From a virus (Duplodnaviria; Caudoviricetes), in the IMG/VR virus record IMGVR_UViG_3300011338_000370, positions 1 to 44,133 of that record: DNA of 44,133 nt; one strand, 5' to 3'. Shown piece by piece: positions 35,682-44,133 of this stretch (position 1 is its first letter; each line of letters begins with the position of its first letter). The position numbers and the translations under genes are program-made. The notes below the pieces were generated by a model. The model saw only the letters and a list, made by a program, of their open reading frames with translations, searched no databases and had not been told where the DNA came from.

Positions 35682-35876
35682 CTACTGAGGTGCCGGAGCC
35701 GCAGGGCGCGGCTTCGGCTGCTTCTTGGACTCGGCATCAACCGGGGCTTCCGGCTGATGTTGCTCTGCGACGGCTTCGATCTGGATAGGCAACTGCCCTT
35801 CCATCTCGAACACGTCTCCAGGCAGCCGGAGTCCACCGGCTGCCCAGCAAAGCATGCGGGCTCTGACCTTCACCAT
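35682..35876 (-). CDS. Small protein of the capsid module, 64 aa
   Basis: KVRA...R.PGDVFE N-terminus with a Pro/Lys tail. TGATG-coupled to the cement gene. Confidence 0.7.
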   Translation of the reverse strand: MVKVRARMLCWAAGGLRLPGDVFEMEGQLPIQIEAVAEQHQPEAPVDAESKKQPKPRPAAPAPQ

Positions 35877-36343
35877 CAGACGCCAGACGTCGTGAACGTG
35901 AAGCCGCTCGGGTAGAACAGCCTGCCGTCCGCGATGTGCGGGACAAGGTTCATCGTGACTGCCGTCGACGTCAAAGTTGCCCCAGCAACTACGAACTGCA
36001 ATCGCAGATACCGAAGGTCGGAACCCTGGAAGCTGTTGTAGATGGCTGGAGCAATCGGAACCGCGACGGTCGTGCCCAGCGGAGCCAATGCCGCAAACGA
36101 TGCACCAGCAAGATACTGCTCGTTGGCAAGTGCGCCGCTAGAGGTCGTGCTGACCCACAGGTTGACGGCCAGCGTCGCGCTAGCACCAACCATGGCAGCC
36201 GTCAGCTGAAACACAGCGTAAATCGGCTGGCCCTCGCCGATGTTGCGCTTGTCGACAATGTCGATCGCATCCGCGCCGACAGTCGTGCCGACCACAGTGG
36301 AGCCAAGAGTTGCGCTCAGTGAAGCAAAAGCGTCAGTAATCAT
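35876..36343 (-). CDS. Capsid cement/decoration protein (Bbp16-like), 155 aa
   Basis: MI.D start, R.IGEG, RYLRL and Y.SGF motifs. Immediately after the MCP. Confidence 0.85.
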   Translation of the reverse strand: MITDAFASLSATLGSTVVGTTVGADAIDIVDKRNIGEGQPIYAVFQLTAAMVGASATLAVNLWVSTTSSGALANEQYLAGASFAALAPLGTTVAVPIAPAIYNSFQGSDLRYLRLQFVVAGATLTSTAVTMNLVPHIADGRLFYPSGFTFTTSGV

Positions 36344-36357
36344 GTGTGTGCCTCCGA

Positions 36358-37377
36358 TCAGGGGACGAGGGTTTCGTTGTTCGTCAGAGCGTCGCACTTA
36401 CGCAGAGGAACGCCCAGGTAGGAAAGGAACGAGTGAGCCTTGCCGAACTGCGTCAAGCCTTGCTCGATGCTCATAATGCCCAGCGACTTTTCCATCGCGA
36501 GGCGCGACATCGCCGCGTGCACGTTGCGATTCAGGTAGAACGCACAACGACCCATGGTCGAAGTCGGGAGCAGGTAGTAAGCCTGCGCCATCGCGTGCAG
36601 GACATTGGTCAAGCTCGTCGGGTTAGCCGTCCCCGAAAGGCCCGTCAAATCCGCAGTTGGGATGTTGCAGATACGGACGACGTATCGCCAATCCTTGACG
36701 ACGAGACCGCACTTCCACTGGTAGCGCGTGCTCAGGGCCTGCATGCGCAGGTCGCCGTTGTAGACGGTCTGCTCGCCGAGATCCTCGTGCACGAGACCGG
36801 CCTTGCTGCCCTTCGGGAAGATCCCGTAGACAGTTTGGTCGCCCCAGCAAACGAGGTAGACCGAAGTCAGAGCAGAGCCGCTCGACGCAACGCGAAGGAC
36901 GTTTTTGCTGTTGCCAGCACCCGTCGACGCGCTGTAGCGCGCACGCAGACCCAGGAACTTCTTGGGGTCAGTCGCAGGGTCACCATTGAACAAGGTGTCC
37001 GCCATCGTCTGATTCATCGACTCCAAGAACGCGGAGTCTTCGCTCAGGCGGAACTGCGCCGTGTTGCCGTTGAGCATCGCGAGATCCTTGTCGACCTCGC
37101 TACGAGCTTCGATGATCGCACAGCCTTCGTCGACCTGGGCGGTCGTCGACTTGCTGTTCGGGATGCCCGCGTTCAAGGCGCGGAAATAGACGTCCGGCAA
37201 GCCCGTGCGGATCACGACTCGCTCGCCAGTCGGGAGGTTGCCCTCGCGCCAGACGCAGTCCGTCAGGATCTCGTTGGTCTGCGAGAGAAGCTCGCCGATC
37301 ACCGGGACGTTGCCGTCTGGATCGATACGCTTCGTCCAGTCCGTCAAAGTCAGATTGTTAGTGCCTACAACTGCCAT
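36358..37377 (-). CDS. Major capsid protein (BPP-1 Bbp17-like)
   Basis: LTL.DW.KR.DP, ELLSQTNEIL.D, RTGLP, FRLSED..FLE.MNQ, G.FPKGSKAGL and DWRYVVRI.NI motifs. Confidence 0.95.
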   Translation of the reverse strand: MAVVGTNNLTLTDWTKRIDPDGNVPVIGELLSQTNEILTDCVWREGNLPTGERVVIRTGLPDVYFRALNAGIPNSKSTTAQVDEGCAIIEARSEVDKDLAMLNGNTAQFRLSEDSAFLESMNQTMADTLFNGDPATDPKKFLGLRARYSASTGAGNSKNVLRVASSGSALTSVYLVCWGDQTVYGIFPKGSKAGLVHEDLGEQTVYNGDLRMQALSTRYQWKCGLVVKDWRYVVRICNIPTADLTGLSGTANPTSLTNVLHAMAQAYYLLPTSTMGRCAFYLNRNVHAAMSRLAMEKSLGIMSIEQGLTQFGKAHSFLSYLGVPLRKCDALTNNETLVP

Positions 37378-37386
37378 GGGTCACAC

Positions 37387-37980
37387 CTAGCTTTGGTTGG
37401 GGTAAAGCGCGCGGGCAAGTTCGGCGAATCCCTGCGGCTGGCCCTTGCCAGACGAGTTGCCGCTGCCCACGAACTTGTCTTCTGAGATTGCCTTTCCGGC
37501 TCGGTAGAACGCCTTGATCATGTGGACGTTGTTGCCGAGGCCCGTTCGGTCGAGAAGCTGCACCAGTTCTGGCGAGCCCAGTGAGTCCAAGAACTTGCGC
37601 GCGACGGACAGGTTCTCGTCGAGCTTGTCGCCGCCAATCTCCTTGTCCGCTCGAACTTCTTGCTCCCACTGAGCGGCTTCCTGTTGCCGCTGCTCTTGCG
37701 CCCGCTGGTTCATCACCGGAGCGATGCGTTCCAGCAGTTGCTGCGCTGCGTCCGTTGGCAGTTTCAGATCCGCAACAGCTTCGGCGTATGCACCAAGCAC
37801 ATGCTCGTCGTAGCTCTGTCCTTCTGGGACGGTGAACGTAGGACGATCCGCAACTGCCGGAGCAGCTTCGGTGTTGCTGTTCTTCTGCTGAACCTCGGGA
37901 GCGGTCTGTCCACTCGTCGAGGGTTGCCCTGCGGTTTGTGTTGCAGCCGCGTTATTCGGCTGCGTCGTCTGTTCTGTCAT
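37387..37980 (-). CDS. Capsid scaffolding protein
   Basis: W.....D.EIGG, TGLGN...I.AF...GKAISED and LY motifs. Upstream of the MCP. Confidence 0.88.
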   Translation of the reverse strand: MTEQTTQPNNAAATQTAGQPSTSGQTAPEVQQKNSNTEAAPAVADRPTFTVPEGQSYDEHVLGAYAEAVADLKLPTDAAQQLLERIAPVMNQRAQEQRQQEAAQWEQEVRADKEIGGDKLDENLSVARKFLDSLGSPELVQLLDRTGLGNNVHMIKAFYRAGKAISEDKFVGSGNSSGKGQPQGFAELARALYPNQS

Positions 37981-38284
37981 GCTTTTGTTCCTTGACCATC
38001 ACCGGCCATAGCTCTGGGCAGAGCGCGTGGATCTGCTCCAAGACGGTCCCGCCGAAGTGTCGACGACCGGCTGCAAACGCAAGCCACAAGCCGTCTGGAC
38101 GAAACTCCTGCGCGAACAACTCGGATTGCTCCAGAAGACGCCACACGATGCGGCGTCCCTTCTTGCTGCTCATCAGCCACCGGATGTCGGCATCCTCGAC
38201 TTCGCGCGCGAGCTTCCGATGGAGCTTGCGCTCCTCGTCGGCTACTCGATCTGCTTCGTCGATGGAGGGTCTGTCGATGGTCAC
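37952..38284 (-). CDS. Bbp19-like head protein
   Basis: D..WLMS...GRR.VWRLLE...F....AF..G.R..G. Confidence 0.85.
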   Translation of the reverse strand: MTIDRPSIDEADRVADEERKLHRKLAREVEDADIRWLMSSKKGRRIVWRLLEQSELFAQEFRPDGLWLAFAAGRRHFGGTVLEQIHALCPELWPVMVKEQKHDRTDDAAE

Positions 38285-38324
38285 GTTGTAAGGTTACGAA
38301 TGTTGGGTTTGGTGCTGCATACCG

Positions 38325-40220
38325 TCAGACAGCCCACCAGCGCGCTTCTGCTGGCGTTTTCGGAAGCTCCGAGAACATGTCGAGCATCACGCTCGCCGAG
38401 CGCGTCCAAGGCAAGCAAGCCGTCGAGACGTAGACGTTGTCGTTCCACACCTCGTTGTAGCTTTGCAGCGGCGGCCAATCTGCCAAGGAGAACGCATCTC
38501 CGTTGTTCCATCGGATGGCGTAGGCATGGAACCAGGATTCGCTCGAAGCTCCAGCTGGCTGCGCGATCCGCTGCCACGCGTTGACGTCGATGACCTGAGC
38601 CAGCGACGTAGCGACATCGTGGTATTTGGCGGCCAACCCATCGCTGTTGGCTGCGAACAGCTGCCTCGAAGCAGCCATCACGCCAATCGCCGCGATGGTC
38701 TCTTGCCAAGGCTGCCATCCAACTACGGGCCTACCCTGCGAGTCGACCCATCCGTATTTGGCTTGCTCGTAGCCGCCGAAGATCCGCACCGGCTTGCCCT
38801 GCGGGATGTTTGCCATCGAAGCAAACCGCAGCGCGGTCTCGATGCCGATGACCATCGTCGAGTCGTCAGCAAGGCCCAGCCACATCTGGTTGGCCCGCGT
38901 CAAGGCGAGACGGCCAACCGCTCGCGGCGACTGGTTCAGAGCACGCTTGATGTAGACGTCGGTCTTGTCGAGTTCGACGTGCGCGCGCACCAACTCCTCC
39001 AACGCAGGGTCGGCAGTCAGTGCAATCGTCGCGTGCAGGAAGTTGTCCGACCGGTGCTGGTCGTCGCTCGTGGTCCACAGGACTGTGTTGATCGATGGCA
39101 TCCACGCGATGGCGTTCTGCCCAGGCCAACCAAGGCGATCCTGCAAGCCAAACGACAAGTCTGGACGCTGGTTCAGCGTCTCAGCCTGCGGGTGGTTCAC
39201 AGCCTTCATGGGCGAACTGTCGCGCTCTCGGTTGTTGGTGGGTCTTTGGACGTAGCCCTGGCATTGCCAGAGCGCGTCGTGGATCTCCCACGGCATCTGC
39301 ATCGTGACCGCGAGATCCGATGCTGCTCCGAAATCTGGCTGCTCTCCCGTCGTCCCGCTTTCGCGAGGCTGGATGCGCGGGCGCGCGGATGCGTAGCCGA
39401 TGAACTGCTGCTGCGTGTAGGCAGTGTGCTGCTGCACGCGCAATGCCTGCGTCGGCTTGGTAGGTGCTGGCACTCGGCCAAGAGCCATCCACGCACCGTC
39501 CCAGTTTGAGAACAGGCCAAACATCTGGTAGCCGCTCGCGCGCGCTTCGTTCGGCGCAGCATGGATCGCGCCACGGATCTCGAACGTCGACGCGCGGTGC
39601 CATCTCTGGTTGTCGGTTGTAACGTTGACAACCGATTGCCCTCCGATTGCACCAACCGAATGCCCGTTCCGCAGGGCAAAGTCGACCGAGACGGGCAACC
39701 CGCAAGCCATCGTTAGTGCAGGCAGAAGCACCGACTGCTCTTGCCCGTTGTTCTCCGTGGTCCCGTAGGTTGCGTGCGCCACGAAGTCGACTGATGCAAG
39801 GCCGCTGAAGACCGTGCACCACACGTCAACCGTAACGAGCTTCGCCGGGAACCAGTGGCGCATGTGGAAGGTGGCCGATGCATCGCCGCCCACCATGCTG
39901 ATCAACGCCATCTGCCCAGCGATCCCGCCCATGTAGAACTTGGGAACGACAGAGTCGATGTCGCGAGTCAGCGCAGCATGCCACTGAAACTCTTCTCGCT
40001 TCCGCTCATCGGGCATGAACTCCAGCTTGACCGACTGACGTGCAGGAACAGTCGCGAGCACGCGGATCCCACGCTCGGACGAGTCTACAGCGTATGGGTA
40101 TCGATAGACGCCATCCGTCATCCATCCGTAAGGCTGCGGCATGCGCTGCTTCGGGATGCCGCAGAACACCCAGGACGTAGCTGGGTGAGCGGAGACGTTA
40201 TCGATGGTGACGTGCATCAA
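38325..40220 (-). CDS. 631-aa protein, possible YetA/PL26-like (alpha/alpha)-toroid glycan-active enzyme
   Basis: N-terminal V.N.S.....V..GIP beta domain. Aromatic-rich helical C-terminal half with DDQH...LTAD, PRA.GR and PWQ motifs. The ORF is secure and the function is tentative. Confidence 0.55.
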   Translation of the reverse strand: MMHVTIDNVSAHPATSWVFCGIPKQRMPQPYGWMTDGVYRYPYAVDSSERGIRVLATVPARQSVKLEFMPDERKREEFQWHAALTRDIDSVVPKFYMGGIAGQMALISMVGGDASATFHMRHWFPAKLVTVDVWCTVFSGLASVDFVAHATYGTTENNGQEQSVLLPALTMACGLPVSVDFALRNGHSVGAIGGQSVVNVTTDNQRWHRASTFEIRGAIHAAPNEARASGYQMFGLFSNWDGAWMALGRVPAPTKPTQALRVQQHTAYTQQQFIGYASARPRIQPRESGTTGEQPDFGAASDLAVTMQMPWEIHDALWQCQGYVQRPTNNRERDSSPMKAVNHPQAETLNQRPDLSFGLQDRLGWPGQNAIAWMPSINTVLWTTSDDQHRSDNFLHATIALTADPALEELVRAHVELDKTDVYIKRALNQSPRAVGRLALTRANQMWLGLADDSTMVIGIETALRFASMANIPQGKPVRIFGGYEQAKYGWVDSQGRPVVGWQPWQETIAAIGVMAASRQLFAANSDGLAAKYHDVATSLAQVIDVNAWQRIAQPAGASSESWFHAYAIRWNNGDAFSLADWPPLQSYNEVWNDNVYVSTACLPWTRSASVMLDMFSELPKTPAEARWWAV

Positions 40221-40600
40221 GCACCGACCCGCTGCGCAATATGAGCTGTGACGATAAACTCTCCTACTGCTGCTGCTGTTGCGTGCAAAGCAAAAGCGCG
40301 AGGTGCTACGCTCAACTCGCTAGACAAAGAATAAACAGTGATCCCGAGAATGCTGTTGCTACCTTTTGGTGCCAAGGCTTCTGCAATACCACCATACCCA
40401 ACAAGATCGGTCGGATCGGATCCGCACAACGCTTGAACCTGCCCCGCAGTCCACGTTGTCGTATTTCCTACCGAGTAACGAATGCTAGACGATGGCTGGA
40501 TTGCAATCCACGCAGTGTAATCGCCAGGAGCAATAGTGGCTGTATACGAAGTGGTGTAAATGTCGGTTGTCGCAAGACGCGTCCAAGCTACTTGTGCCAT
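40217..40600 (-). CDS. Hypothetical beta-rich protein, 127 aa
   Basis: AGGAG RBS, visibly more AT-rich than its neighbours, coupled to the 631-aa gene. Confidence 0.7.
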   Translation of the reverse strand: MAQVAWTRLATTDIYTTSYTATIAPGDYTAWIAIQPSSSIRYSVGNTTTWTAGQVQALCGSDPTDLVGYGGIAEALAPKGSNSILGITVYSLSSELSVAPRAFALHATAAAVGEFIVTAHIAQRVGA

Positions 40601-40608
40601 GTCATCTC

Positions 40609-42303
40609 CTACAGCATCTGTGCTGATGGTGAGTTGTAACCGCTAAACATCCCCATCACGTCAGATGCTGCGGCGTTCATCGGTGTGCCACGCAGGTTGC
40701 CCATTGCCTTGGTCTGCTGCTCCAGCGCGGCCGTTTGTTCCTTCGCAGCCATCGCGGCTTCGCGAGCTTGGCGGATCTGCACGACGTCCTCGGTTGCGAG
40801 GATGAGCTTGGGATCAACGCCAAGCATGTCGCCATACGCATCGGCCCACACGTCGGGGTCGAACTTGTCGAGCACCTCTGGCTTCATCTGCGCGACGACG
40901 CCAAGGCTGCCGACAAAGCGATCGACTGAGTTCGTGCCGATCGCACGCTGCGCTTGTGCAAGCATGCTGACGAACTCGACCGACAGATCCTGCCCAGACA
41001 ACTCTTGTGGTGGAGGCGGGATCTGGCCCGACTGCATCATGTGCTCGAACGTGATGTCGATCAGCGGATCGAGCAGTTCGTTGTGCAAACGTTCCAAGAC
41101 CGGACCAAGCATGAGCAGCTTCTCCTCGTGCCTCTCGGCGACTTCGGTAGCGGTCATGCGCGGGTTGTTCGCGTTGTTCGCCAGCATCAGGAACAGGTCC
41201 GCGTAGAACGCGGAGTTGATGCGTTGGCGGCAGTCGCCGATGTCCTGCAACAGGTAGGACAGGTTGAGGTTGACCTCGAACGCTGTGCGGATTCCGCTGT
41301 TCGGACCCGACGAGTCGACGAAGGACACGCCACCTGGAAGCATTTCGATGTCGCGGTTCTTCGCGCTCGTCGGTGCTTGCAGCGGCGGCTTCGTCTGGAG
41401 GTCGATGGCTTGAGCCTTGCGCAGCTGTTCGTGTTGCAACTGCTTCACGTCGCCAAGGCACTCCATGCCAGGGCTCATGCCGTAGATGTCGCCACCGGCA
41501 GTCGACCACCTGGGGACCACAGCAGGGAACCGGCGGAACCCAGACTCGCGCAAGTAGCTGTTGTTGTCGCCACCGATCTCGAAGTAGCACGACCGGAACG
41601 GCATGTTCAGATCGTCTAGCTTGCTGGTGTCTCGATCCTCGCGCGGCTCGATCGCATGGATGACGGTGATCCAGCTGTCAAGGTTGCCTCGACGCCACTG
41701 CTCCTGCACTTGGCTAGAGCAGTTCTCGATGCCGAACTCCTTGACCATCTGCGCGACGGTCATCTCGAACTCGCGGTAGAGACAGTCGACTCTGCCCTTG
41801 TAGTCGGCCGCGATGCAATACTCGCCGATCGTCAGCGGGTGGTGGTGCGTGACGTTTTCGTAGTCCGGCATGACCAACGACGCCGCCGTGCCGAAGGCAG
41901 CAAGCTCACCGTAGATCTGGTGCAGCGATCGGTAGGTGTTGCTGCGCGAGAACACCGACTGCATGCGACGCGTGACGTCGTCGAGCCATAGCTTGACCGG
42001 ATAGAACTTGTTGAGGTCAGGGTCAGCTGTCGCAAGGCGGAACCACGGACGAGCAGGGCTCGTAGCTCCTGCCATCAATCCCGACTCGCACACACGGAGC
42101 GAACGGGTAGCCGTGTTGTCGTAGATCAGGTTGTGCCTCTTCGTGCCGCGATTGCGATCCTGCACGAAGAAGCGTCCGCTGCGTGGCAGCAGGTAGTCGC
42201 TGATCTCCTTCCAGTGCATCCACCATGATGCACGCTCGCTCTTCAGCTGCCCCCATCGGGTCAGCAGATCGCTGCGCTTCTTGGGGGTGCTGGTGTAGTC
42301 CAC
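40609..42303 (-). CDS. Portal protein (head-tail connector, T7 gp8/Bbp21 type)
   Basis: TSPARPWFRL, RSN.Y, FGT, YG.SP...LGD.KQLQ, MTATEV.ER.EEKL..LGPVLERL. Confidence 0.96.
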   Translation of the reverse strand: MDYTSTPKKRSDLLTRWGQLKSERASWWMHWKEISDYLLPRSGRFFVQDRNRGTKRHNLIYDNTATRSLRVCESGLMAGATSPARPWFRLATADPDLNKFYPVKLWLDDVTRRMQSVFSRSNTYRSLHQIYGELAAFGTAASLVMPDYENVTHHHPLTIGEYCIAADYKGRVDCLYREFEMTVAQMVKEFGIENCSSQVQEQWRRGNLDSWITVIHAIEPREDRDTSKLDDLNMPFRSCYFEIGGDNNSYLRESGFRRFPAVVPRWSTAGGDIYGMSPGMECLGDVKQLQHEQLRKAQAIDLQTKPPLQAPTSAKNRDIEMLPGGVSFVDSSGPNSGIRTAFEVNLNLSYLLQDIGDCRQRINSAFYADLFLMLANNANNPRMTATEVAERHEEKLLMLGPVLERLHNELLDPLIDITFEHMMQSGQIPPPPQELSGQDLSVEFVSMLAQAQRAIGTNSVDRFVGSLGVVAQMKPEVLDKFDPDVWADAYGDMLGVDPKLILATEDVVQIRQAREAAMAAKEQTAALEQQTKAMGNLRGTPMNAAASDVMGMFSGYNSPSAQML

Positions 42304-42304
42304 T

Positions 42305-42589
42305 TCAGCCCAGGGTGTTGTTGGTGCCGTATGGCTGCGTGAGCATCGTGCTCGCCGCGCCTTGAGTTGCAGGTCGACGAGCAGCCGTGAGCAAGCTCAT
42401 CATGTCGGGAGCCTTCTGATTCGCGCGCATCTTCTCCATCGCAGAGATGCGCTCTTGGCGAACAGCAGCAGACTCCGCACGCTTCTGCGCGTCTTCCTGC
42501 TGCATCATCGCTTGCTTCTGCGCCTTCTCGGCACGTCGTCCTTGTTGGATGCCGCCGATGATCGGCGTGTAGGAAAGAGCATCGCCCAT
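42305..42589 (-). CDS. Small pre-portal virion protein, 94 aa (MGDALS...)
   Basis: Q/A-rich helix ending STMLT....TLG, as in T7 gp6.7/7.3-like pre-portal proteins. Confidence 0.7.
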   Translation of the reverse strand: MGDALSYTPIIGGIQQGRRAEKAQKQAMMQQEDAQKRAESAAVRQERISAMEKMRANQKAPDMMSLLTAARRPATQGAASTMLTQPYGTNNTLG

Positions 42590-42591
42590 GA

Positions 42592-43089
42592 TCAGAAGTC
42601 CTTGATGAAAACGGTTTCGAGCGGCTGATAGCCAAAACGTGGAAGCAACGACTCCAGCGTCGTCATCGGCTTTGCGTGCATGGTCATGCGCTTGCATGCG
42701 TTCTCGCGCGCGAGCCGCTCGGTCTCATCAATCAGCCTGCGGCCGATGTTGCCGCGCCGATACGGCTTGTCGACAAACAGAGCGATGTGGGTCAGCCACT
42801 TCTCGTTGTAGATCGGATGACGTGCGACAACGGAGTTGAGCGAGTATCCGACGAGCTTGCCTTCGTACCATGCTCCGATGCCGATGAAGCAGCCAGCTGC
42901 TTCCATCGCCTGGAAGTGCTGCATGTCCTCATCGATGTCGACGCCTGCGATGTTGCCGATCTCGTCCAGATGCCGATACCACAGGCCAGCATCGACGCTT
43001 AGTTCGCGCGTCGTCGCCTGTCGCACCTCGACGTCTTGGATGATGAATCGCACATCGGAAAGGTAGGAGTCTTGCATGCCGTCCTGCAT
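42592..43089 (-). CDS. GNAT-family acetyltransferase
   Basis: G.LVGY, HP.Y, and the acetyl-CoA motif LFVDKPYRRGNIGRRLI. Exact start uncertain. Confidence 0.9.
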   Translation of the reverse strand: MQDGMQDSYLSDVRFIIQDVEVRQATTRELSVDAGLWYRHLDEIGNIAGVDIDEDMQHFQAMEAAGCFIGIGAWYEGKLVGYSLNSVVARHPIYNEKWLTHIALFVDKPYRRGNIGRRLIDETERLARENACKRMTMHAKPMTTLESLLPRFGYQPLETVFIKDF

Positions 43090-43093
43090 ACCG

Positions 43094-43357
43094 TCACTGA
43101 AGCGGGCCAATGGGACGCTTGCCGGTGAGCATGGTCGAGTTCGTCACGTCGCCCGCGAGCCCAGGCTTGTCTTCGTTGCGAACTGCGGACAGCATCGATT
43201 GACCAGGAGCAGCCGCACGTCGAGCGGATGCCTGCTGCGCTGATGCTTGTCGCTCTGCTGCCAGACGCGCGCGCGCTGCATCCTGCTCGGCTTGGCGTTC
43301 GCGACGCCTGTTCTTGCCACTCAGACTGTCCCAGGCACCTTGGTAGACGTCGCCCAT
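43094..43357 (-). CDS. Small pre-portal virion protein, 87 aa (MGDVYQ...)
   Basis: Same layout as 42305-42589: MGD start, helix, STMLT. Confidence 0.65.
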   Translation of the reverse strand: MGDVYQGAWDSLSGKNRRRERQAEQDAARARLAAERQASAQQASARRAAAPGQSMLSAVRNEDKPGLAGDVTNSTMLTGKRPIGPLQ

Positions 43358-43358
43358 G

Positions 43359-44133
43359 TCAGTTGATCCAGCTGCCTCGCAGCGTCTTCGGGTCGTAGGG
43401 GTCGTATTCGCTTCGGGTTCGCCTGCCGTAGAGCTTGCTCACGACGCTCTCCTTGGGCGTGTCGATCAGTGCAAGGCAGAAGGCCGACGCGTAGTCGGGC
43501 GACCTGCCGAGTCGTGCGTAGATGTCCTCGCGGCTGTCGACCTGGATCGTCGCGCCGGACAGTCGCCACGTCGGGCTGGTCAGGTCAGCCAACAAGCGAG
43601 GGCTCGGCGGGAGTGCGATGGCGTTGTTGGCGGTCGGGTCCAGTGCCTCGCGCATGCGCCACCACAACTCCGACCGCAGGTTCTTGAACTTGAGCCTGCC
43701 CGACTTGTCGACACCACGCGCTGCCTCGGCGACGTTCACTCCCAGCACCTGCTGCTGCGCCTCGTTCAGGAAGTCGTAGGGACTCGCGCCCACGCCGATG
43801 ACGTCGATGTGGATCGGTGCTCGGTCGCGTGATGCCGCGATGACCAGCCCCGCCACCGTTGGCCCGTCCGGCGTCTCCTTGCCAGGGTAGGCCAGCGGCT
43901 CGTCGAACCACATGCCGTGCCTGCGAGCGATAATGGTCTCGTCCTTGCCGCCGCGCGCGACGTCGACACCCATGCTGTCCATCGCGGGCTTCTTGTCCAT
44001 CGGCTTCCACCGCGCCTGCGCTGCCTCGACCCACGCCGTTGGGATCACCTGCCACGGGTCGTCCTGCACGTCAGCATGGAAGTCGCCATGCAGCATCTGC
44101 GAACGCAGCGGCTCGGGCAGCGATTGCAGCTGC
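43359..44133 (-). CDS. terL: Terminase large subunit, C-terminal nuclease part
   Basis: RNase H-like GVDVARGGKD, IDVIGVG, F.NLRSE.WW..RE and GRSPD motifs. Confidence 0.95.
   Translation of the reverse strand, partial: QLQSLPEPLRSQMLHGDFHADVQDDPWQVIPTAWVEAAQARWKPMDKKPAMDSMGVDVARGGKDETIIARRHGMWFDEPLAYPGKETPDGPTVAGLVIAASRDRAPIHIDVIGVGASPYDFLNEAQQQVLGVNVAEAARGVDKSGRLKFKNLRSELWWRMREALDPTANNAIALPPSPRLLADLTSPTWRLSGATIQVDSREDIYARLGRSPDYASAFCLALIDTPKESVVSKLYGRRTRSEYDPYDPKTLRGSWIN
43945..44133. repeat. Terminal direct repeat / circular assembly overlap (copy 2)
   Basis: Identical to 1-189 except for one base. Confidence 0.95.

Noticed and set aside
37378-37389. Scaffold-MCP readthrough fusion
   Set aside because: The genes are in frame, but a TGA follows two codons after the TAG.
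1-44133. Diversity-generating retroelement, expected from BPP-1-like architecture
   Set aside because: No reverse transcriptase (YxDD with RT context), Avd or adenine-mismatched TR/VR pair was seen.
1-44133. Genome-wide TAG recoding
   Set aside because: The portal, scaffold and other genes end normally at TAG, and the long genes are intact in code 11.

Overview
The window is an apparently complete, circularly assembled dsDNA podovirus genome of 43,944 unique bp. Bases 1-189 recur at 43945-44133 with one mismatch, and the large terminase reads in frame across that junction. The morphogenesis block follows the Bordetella phage BPP-1/T7-like plan on the minus strand: TerL, GNAT, portal, Bbp19-like, scaffold, major capsid, Bbp16-like cement, tail tubular A and B, three ejection/internal proteins (the last 4048 aa) and lysis-type membrane proteins. 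There is also a plus-strand exonuclease + ERF recombination module, RusA, and an early region built of repeated promoter/stem-loop/GAACCA-leader cassettes, one of which encodes an Ocr-like acidic protein. The most striking content is inside the virion operon. It holds a signal-peptide-less AA5 copper radical oxidase (galactose oxidase/GlxA-like) with all five catalytic residues, an adjacent His/Cys-rich tail protein, a possible amber-readthrough fusion, and a second putative glycan-active enzyme. I could not recognise an endolysin, DNA polymerase, primase/helicase, integrase, reverse transcriptase, tRNA or CRISPR array. All family calls come from motif recognition by eye, with no database search, and several starts were re-called from the ORF track using stop/start overlaps.
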